Below, in pieces: positions 27,377 through 32,000 of a stretch of 32,000 bases of DNA. Within the stretch, counting starts at the first letter, position 1. The number at the start of each line of letters is the position of its first letter. The notes below the pieces were generated by a model. The model ran no database searches. It was given only the letters and a program-made list of their open reading frames with translations, and was not told the DNA's origin. The position numbers and the translations under genes are program-made. This DNA comes from Desulfotalea psychrophila LSv54 (GTDB taxonomy: Bacteria; Desulfobacterota; Desulfobulbia; Desulfobulbales; Desulfocapsaceae): NCBI RefSeq assembly GCF_000025945.1, contig NC_006138.1, positions 1,110,001 through 1,142,000 of the forward strand, given 5' to 3'.

Positions 27377-29359
27377 ATGAAAAAAATAGATTTGACCGAG
27401 AAACAGAGAGATTTACTAGTAGATGTCCTCGATGCAGAGGCCGGTTTTGCCGAGGAAAAATTGCTTGATATTGCCAGTGGGGCAGTGAGCCCTCTTTTTC
27501 TTTCAGAGAGTGATCTCCTCTCTTTTTTGCAGGCGGCAAATGCCCTTTACCGGGCAGGATATCCTCTTCTCAGCGATGAGGCCTATGACTTTACCTTTCT
27601 TACTGAGCTACGTCGCAGGAATCCACAGCATCCCTATCTCCTGCAGGTGGAGGCGGAGCCTGTTCAGCAGGGTAAAACTGTTGAACTTCCCATGCGGATG
27701 CTCTCAACAGATAAGGCCTATGATTTGGAATCTATCAGGCGTTGGGGCCGGCGCATTGAGAAGGCCGCTCAGGAGAAGGGGATAGATTTTACCTCCTTGG
27801 TGTTTCGAGGTACGCCAAAGCTGGATGGCTTTGCCGCCTACGATGATGGCAGAAGGTTGTATACTCGTGGCGATGGTAAAAAGGGTACAGATGTGAGCCG
27901 TGCCTTTGCCAGGGGTTTGCAGGTTTCCCGCGGTGGTTCGCGGGGCTTGGGGGCGGGGGAGATTGTTGTAAATAAGGATTATTTCACCGAGCATCTTGCT
28001 CAGTTTTTTGATAATTCGAGAAACTTTCAGGCAAGCCTGATTAAGGAGAAGACCCTGGCGCTGCCCGTTGTCAAGGCCATAGAGGCGGGGGCTGCGATCT
28101 TTTTTCCTTTTTCAATGCTTCCCGATTGGCGGGGCAGTTGGCTGGAGCTCTTGCAGGAATTTGAGGAGATTGTCGAGGGTCTCTGGCAGAAGGTTCCCTA
28201 TGAGATAGATGGGGTAGTCTTTGAAATTATTGATGAAGGGTTGCGGGAGGTGATGGGGGCGACGCGTCATCATCATCGTTGGCAGATAGCCTTTAAGAAG
28301 AACACTGAGATTGCAGAGGTCACCGTCCTGCGGGTACGGCCACAGACCAGCCGTTTAGGGCGGGTGAATCCGGTGGCCGAGGTTGAACCGACCCGTCTGA
28401 GCGGGGCCTTGATTCAACGCGTTACCGCTCATCACTATGCGATGGTGCGGGATAGAGGTATTGGCCCTGGCGCCCGGATTCGTATGTCTCGGAGCGGCGA
28501 GGTTATTCCCAAGATTGAAGAGGTTGTAAAGCCTGTTGCTGCCGCTCAGTTGGACATCCCTGCCCACTGCCCAAGCTGTGGCTCTGATCTTGCCTGGGAT
28601 GGCGACTATCTTTTTTGTTTGAATAATATGTCCTGTCCGGCCCAGATAACAAATTCCATGGAACATTTTTTTAAAATCCTGGGCAATGTCGATGGTTTTG
28701 GTCCATCTTCTGTGCAGAGGCTGTACGAGGGGGGGCTTGTCGACCTGCCCGCTCTCTATGCTATGGAGTCTGCAGATTTTGAACAGGTGGGGTTTGGTCC
28801 TAAACAGGCAACTAATATGGTGGAGCAGCTTAACAGGAGCCGGGAGGAGTTGATAGAGGATTGGCGTTTTCTGGCGGCCTTTGGGGTACACCGATTGGGC
28901 ATGGGTAACTGTGAAAAGTTGCTCAGGTATGTGCGGCTGGAAGATGTTTTCAACCTGAGCGAAGAGCAAATTGTCGCTGAGATTAAGGGCTTTCAGGAAA
29001 AGACGGCCCACTCTATCTGTGCGGGGCTTGCCGGTATTAAGGATCTTTTCTTCCAGTTGTTTGCCCTTGGCTTTAAGCTTGAGCCGACTCCGCTTCTGGC
29101 AGAAGGTGGGCAGGGAGAAAAAAGCCCAATCTCCGGTAAAACCATTGTCTTTACGGGGGCGATGCTTGCCGCTAGCCGTGGTGATATGGAAAAGCAGGCC
29201 AAGGCCTTGGGGGCAACGGTGGGAAAATCTATTACGGGAAAAACCGATATGCTTGTTACGGGGCAGAGGGTGGGGGCGACCAAGATGGCCAAGGCAGAAA
29301 CGCTTGGGATAGCCATTCTCTCGGAAGAGGCTTACCGGCAGCTGGTTTCTCTAGATTAA
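27377..29359 (+). CDS. NAD-dependent DNA ligase family protein, divergent (LigA/LigB-like) with an N-terminal extension
   Basis: Readable elements: an Ia-like segment LYRAGYPLLSDEAYDF, PMRMLS, the adenylation lysine in PKLDGFA, TRGDGKKGTDV, VPYEIDGVVFEI, an OB-fold block (RWQIAFK...SGEVIPKI), a Zn finger (CPSCGS...CLNNMSCPAQ), HhH repeats and a BRCT domain (ISGKTIVFTGAM...KTDMLVTG). No SD precedes ATG 27377. In-frame TTG 27461 has gagga 5 nt upstream and is an alternative start. Confidence 0.82.
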   Translation: MKKIDLTEKQRDLLVDVLDAEAGFAEEKLLDIASGAVSPLFLSESDLLSFLQAANALYRAGYPLLSDEAYDFTFLTELRRRNPQHPYLLQVEAEPVQQGKTVELPMRMLSTDKAYDLESIRRWGRRIEKAAQEKGIDFTSLVFRGTPKLDGFAAYDDGRRLYTRGDGKKGTDVSRAFARGLQVSRGGSRGLGAGEIVVNKDYFTEHLAQFFDNSRNFQASLIKEKTLALPVVKAIEAGAAIFFPFSMLPDWRGSWLELLQEFEEIVEGLWQKVPYEIDGVVFEIIDEGLREVMGATRHHHRWQIAFKKNTEIAEVTVLRVRPQTSRLGRVNPVAEVEPTRLSGALIQRVTAHHYAMVRDRGIGPGARIRMSRSGEVIPKIEEVVKPVAAAQLDIPAHCPSCGSDLAWDGDYLFCLNNMSCPAQITNSMEHFFKILGNVDGFGPSSVQRLYEGGLVDLPALYAMESADFEQVGFGPKQATNMVEQLNRSREELIEDWRFLAAFGVHRLGMGNCEKLLRYVRLEDVFNLSEEQIVAEIKGFQEKTAHSICAGLAGIKDLFFQLFALGFKLEPTPLLAEGGQGEKSPISGKTIVFTGAMLAASRGDMEKQAKALGATVGKSITGKTDMLVTGQRVGATKMAKAETLGIAILSEEAYRQLVSLD

Positions 29360-29360
29360 A

Positions 29361-29379
29361 GGGGCATCTGGGATGCCCC
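29361..29379. terminator. hairpin between the convergent ligase and tautomerase genes
   Basis: ggggcatc / gatgcccc, an 8-bp stem with loop tgg, lying 2 nt after the ligase stop and 10 nt from the tautomerase stop. Flanking runs are short (ttaaa / ttctc). Confidence 0.5.
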
Positions 29380-29388
29380 TTCTCTGCC

Positions 29389-29577
29389 CTATTTGGGTGT
29401 GTCAGCAAGTATGCCTGCCTTGGCAATATTTTCCGGTGCCACCTCGTCGATAAAGATGAGAATGTTCTCAGCTGGCTTATTCGCCTCCCTGCTGATTACC
29501 TCTGTAACACCTTTGCTGATATTTGCCTTCTGTTCTCTGGTCAATTTTCCCCCAACGCGTATGTTAACGTATGGCAT
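29389..29577 (-). CDS. 4-oxalocrotonate tautomerase family enzyme
   Basis: 62 aa starting MPYVNIRV, giving the catalytic Pro1 after Met removal, with the beta-alpha-beta pattern (LTREQKANISKGVTEVISREANKPAENILIFIDEV) typical of the 4-OT family. Confidence 0.8.
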   Translation of the reverse strand: MPYVNIRVGGKLTREQKANISKGVTEVISREANKPAENILIFIDEVAPENIAKAGILADTPK

Positions 29578-29702
29578 TTTGTGTCCTCTAACTTATGGGT
29601 TTTAGAAGAAATGTCTATTCTTCATGTGGAATTAGGTATATAATAAAAATATTATCATAATACAAAAACTAAAAATTAAAAATCAATTTAGTGAGGCGGT
29701 GG

Positions 29703-30731
29703 ATGGGGGCATCACGTATCCTGCTGACAGGCGGGGCTGGTTATATCGGCAGTCATACCTGCCTGGAACTCTTAGAGGCGGGCTATCAGGTCACCGTTGT
29801 TGATGATCTGTCAAACTCCTCCTATGAAGCCCTCTGTCGGGTAGAGTCACTTACGGGAAAAAAAGTAACCTTTCATCAGGTTAATGTTTTTGATGAACAG
29901 GCCCTCGACGCTGTTTTTCTCAATGCCCCGGAGTCCTTTGCTGCGGTGATTCATTTTGCCGGACTTAAGGTTATTGGTGAATCTGTCGCTGAGCCACTTC
30001 GCTACTATCATAATAATATTACGGGAACCTTGGTTCTCTGTGGTCTTATGGCTAAACATGGGGTGAAGAATATCATCTTCAGCTCTTCGGCTACGGTTTA
30101 TGGTGATCCGGCAAGGGTTCCCATAACCGAGGACTTTCCTCTTTCCTGTGCCAACCCCTACGGTCGAACAAAGTTGATGGTGGAGGAGATTCTTGCCGAT
30201 CTTCATGGGGCAGATCATGAGTGGAACGCCTGTCTGCTTCGCTATTTTAATCCGGTTGGCGCCCATAAAAGTGGCCGGATAGGGGAAGATCCAGATGGCA
30301 TTCCTAATAATCTTATTCCCTATATCGCTCAGGTTGCCATTGGTCGCCTTGACTGTCTCTCGGTTTTTGGTAATGATTACCCAACGGTTGATGGCACGGG
30401 GGTACGGGACTATATCCATGTGGTTGATCTGGCCAAGGGTCATGTCTGTGCTGTGAAAAAGGTTCTTGAGGGTCGGGGTGTCACAACCTACAACTTGGGC
30501 ACGGGCCTTGGTTATAGTGTGCTTGAGATAGTGGATGCCTTTTCCCGGGCCTGCGGACGTGATATTGCCTATAAGATCGTGGCGAGGCGAGCTGGTGATA
30601 TAGCAGCGTGCTATGCGGATTCCGCCAAGGCTCTGACAGAGCTTGGTTGGTCGGCCTCTCTGGGGCTTGCGGAGATGTGCGAAGATACCTGGCGTTGGCA
30701 GGAAAATAATCCTACGGGATATCGCTCATAG
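29703..30731 (+). CDS. galE: UDP-glucose 4-epimerase
   Basis: [13 protein letters not shown] (Rossmann NAD site), [13 protein letters not shown] (the YxxxK catalytic motif), [10 protein letters not shown] and [14 protein letters not shown] are colinear with GalE. ATG 29703 (gagg 7 nt upstream) is preferred over the listed GTG at 29691. Confidence 0.9.
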   Translation: MGASRILLTGGAGYIGSHTCLELLEAGYQVTVVDDLSNSSYEALCRVESLTGKKVTFHQVNVFDEQALDAVFLNAPESFAAVIHFAGLKVIGESVAEPLRYYHNNITGTLVLCGLMAKHGVKNIIFSSSATVYGDPARVPITEDFPLSCANPYGRTKLMVEEILADLHGADHEWNACLLRYFNPVGAHKSGRIGEDPDGIPNNLIPYIAQVAIGRLDCLSVFGNDYPTVDGTGVRDYIHVVDLAKGHVCAVKKVLEGRGVTTYNLGTGLGYSVLEIVDAFSRACGRDIAYKIVARRAGDIAACYADSAKALTELGWSASLGLAEMCEDTWRWQENNPTGYRS

Positions 30732-30778
30732 GAAATCTTGAAAAAACCGGTAAATTCGATAAGAAACAGTCTCGATTG

Positions 30779-30801
30779 CTGTGCCTATGCTGTAGGCACA
30801 G
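30779..30801 (+). terminator. stem-loop downstream of galE
   Basis: ctgtgcct / aggcacag, an 8-bp stem with loop atgctgt, followed by the T-rich agatcatttatttcg. It is nested inside a second inverted repeat, ggtaaattcga (30749-30759) and tcgaattttacc (30814-30825). Confidence 0.45.
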
Positions 30802-31169
30802 AGATCATTTATTTCGAATTTTACCTACCTTTATAATAAATTTTATTTAAAGGTTAATACTTTGTAGTAAGGGACGTTAAACGTTTCCCGACAGAGGAGG
30901 TAAAACTCCTGAATTCCCCTCTGATTTGATCTTTTCCCGTAGTGGCTTCTTGCCTCTCTAAGGGAATCTGCTTTGATAAAAATAAACATCGTTTTAAAAT
31001 TATCTGCTCAACTTATCTGAGAAAAATGTAAATGAGGACCGGAATGGCTGTTATTTGAAAAAGCTATATCTGGTAAAGCTTTTTTCTTATTTTGTTTAGT
31101 AAGTGATAATGGTAGGTTCTGAAAATATATTAAGTATAAGGCAAAGTAATATTAACTATAAGGTAGGGT

Positions 31170-31661
31170 ATGTCTTTGAAAAAGTGTTCTACAATGATTT
31201 TTGGTTGCGGCAATATAACCATGGGGGATGATGGTTTTGGTCCCGCTGTGATTGATGAGTTGCATGCTCATTATGAATTGCCCGAGGGGGTACAGGCCAT
31301 CGATGCGGATACCGGTATTCGCGAGTATCTTTTTGATTATCTTCTCTCTGAAGAGGATCGGCCTGATCGTATAATTGTCTTAGATGCAGTTGATTTCCCT
31401 GATAGAAATCCTGGCGAGGTGTTCTATATCGCGCCCGATAGCATTCCTTCCCAAAAGATTCATGACTTTTCGCTTCATCAATTCCCTACAGTAAATATGT
31501 TATTAGAGTTGGAACAGTATACAGGAATGGAAATAAAGATATTGGCAGCCCAAATAGAGTGTATTCCGAAAGAAATTGCTCCTGGGCTGTCGGAACCAAT
31601 GTCAAAAGCTGTTCCTGCGGCATGTGAGATGATCTCACAAATTCTTTTAGAAAAAAGCTAA
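31170..31661 (+). CDS. hydrogenase maturation endopeptidase (HybD/HyaD/FrhD-like)
   Basis: IFGCGNITMGDDGFGPAVIDEL, IIVLDAVDFPDRNPGEV and FSLHQFP match the conserved GxGN..xDDGxG / DA.D / PG / S.HQ pattern of [NiFe]-hydrogenase large-subunit C-terminal proteases. Confidence 0.78.
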   Translation: MSLKKCSTMIFGCGNITMGDDGFGPAVIDELHAHYELPEGVQAIDADTGIREYLFDYLLSEEDRPDRIIVLDAVDFPDRNPGEVFYIAPDSIPSQKIHDFSLHQFPTVNMLLELEQYTGMEIKILAAQIECIPKEIAPGLSEPMSKAVPAACEMISQILLEKS

Positions 31662-31676
31662 ATGAGGTGACCTTTT

Positions 31677-32000
31677 ATGAAGTATGAATTTAAAGTCAGC
31701 GAAATAGCAGAGGAATTTGGTGTTCATTCGACGACCATAAAAAATTGGATTAAATCCGGTTCTCTTTCTGCAAAGGAAGGGCCTGGATCCAAATATCTTA
31801 TGGAGTTTAGTGACTATCAAGACTTTTGCGATCGGTTTGGAGTTGAACCAAGTGTTCGACCTCTGAACCATGTACACAAGGATCCGTGTACTATTCAACA
31901 GGAAGCACAACCTATACTTGAGCCGATGACGCTTGATGGTAAAAAGAGTGCGCTTGCAGTTGATCCATCATGGGCGTCATCCTGTCTAACCTGCGGCACC
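31677..32000 (+). CDS. helix-turn-helix (MerR/excisionase-type HTH) domain protein, 3'-truncated by the window end
   Basis: Not in the ORF track because no stop falls in the window. ATG 31677 has gaggtga 7 nt upstream, and 108 codons stay open to position 32000. MKYEFKVSEIAEEFGVHSTTIKNWIKSGSL is a typical HTH_17-like motif. The listed minus-strand ORF 31647-31910 is its antisense shadow. Confidence 0.6.
   Translation, partial: MKYEFKVSEIAEEFGVHSTTIKNWIKSGSLSAKEGPGSKYLMEFSDYQDFCDRFGVEPSVRPLNHVHKDPCTIQQEAQPILEPMTLDGKKSALAVDPSWASSCLTCGT

Noticed and set aside
19401-30443. Large antisense shadow ORFs inside well-supported genes: 19401-19874 (+), 22924-23493 (-), 25342-25860 (-), 28355-29011 (-), 29847-30443 (-), and the many 60-100 aa ORFs inside the SNF2, uup and ppiD genes.
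   Set aside because: Each is fully embedded opposite or out of frame within a gene carrying clear family motifs. They have Arg/Pro/Ser-rich or otherwise atypical composition, and none has an RBS.
1-32000. A search for tRNA/rRNA genes, CRISPR repeat arrays, IS elements or inverted terminal repeats, integrases, and retron- or DGR-like elements.
   Set aside because: I found no T-loop-like GGTTCGAAT motifs in a cloverleaf context. There are no regularly spaced 25-40-nt direct repeats. No transposase, integrase or reverse-transcriptase-like ORFs are present. The only sizeable repeat is the MCP tandem duplication.

Overview
This window reads as ordinary chromosomal DNA from a sulfate- or sulfur-respiring, deltaproteobacterium-type organism. 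The pointers are a canonical two-cysteine DsrC and a hydrogenase maturation protease; 'Desulfobulbales-like' is only a guess. I call about 29 protein genes. In order they are: a membrane protein open to the left edge; two tandemly duplicated Cache/HAMP methyl-accepting chemotaxis proteins; an IscA/HesB-like protein; a polar amino-acid ABC importer (binding protein, permease, ATPase); an AT-rich islet with three small orphan genes, one of which (a 56-aa zinc ribbon) is below the ORF-track cutoff; type I asparaginase; a 1399-aa SNF2 ATPase; PpiD; DsrC; an overlapping bactofilin/M23 peptidase pair; a Uup-like ABC-F protein; a metallophosphoesterase; a soluble Hanks kinase with a DUF1566-like C-terminal module; LtaE; a YitT-like protein and a small membrane protein; a divergent NAD-dependent DNA ligase; a 4-OT family tautomerase; GalE; a hydrogenase maturation protease; and a 3'-truncated HTH gene missing from the ORF track. 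Several hairpin terminators are readable. I saw no tRNA, rRNA, CRISPR array, transposase, integrase or recognisable multi-gene defence system, and I cannot honestly name a convincing new system. The best follow-up candidates are: (1) the tightly packed uup / metallophosphoesterase / kinase::DUF1566-like cluster; (2) the AT-rich small-gene islet at 9.5-10.8 kb; (3) the diverging tandem MCP pair with its conserved leader; (4) the atypical NAD-ligase; (5) the SNF2 protein with a ~900-aa uncharacterised N-terminus and a poly-C tract in its upstream region. All family assignments come from motifs read in the translations and from memory of those families. No searches were run.
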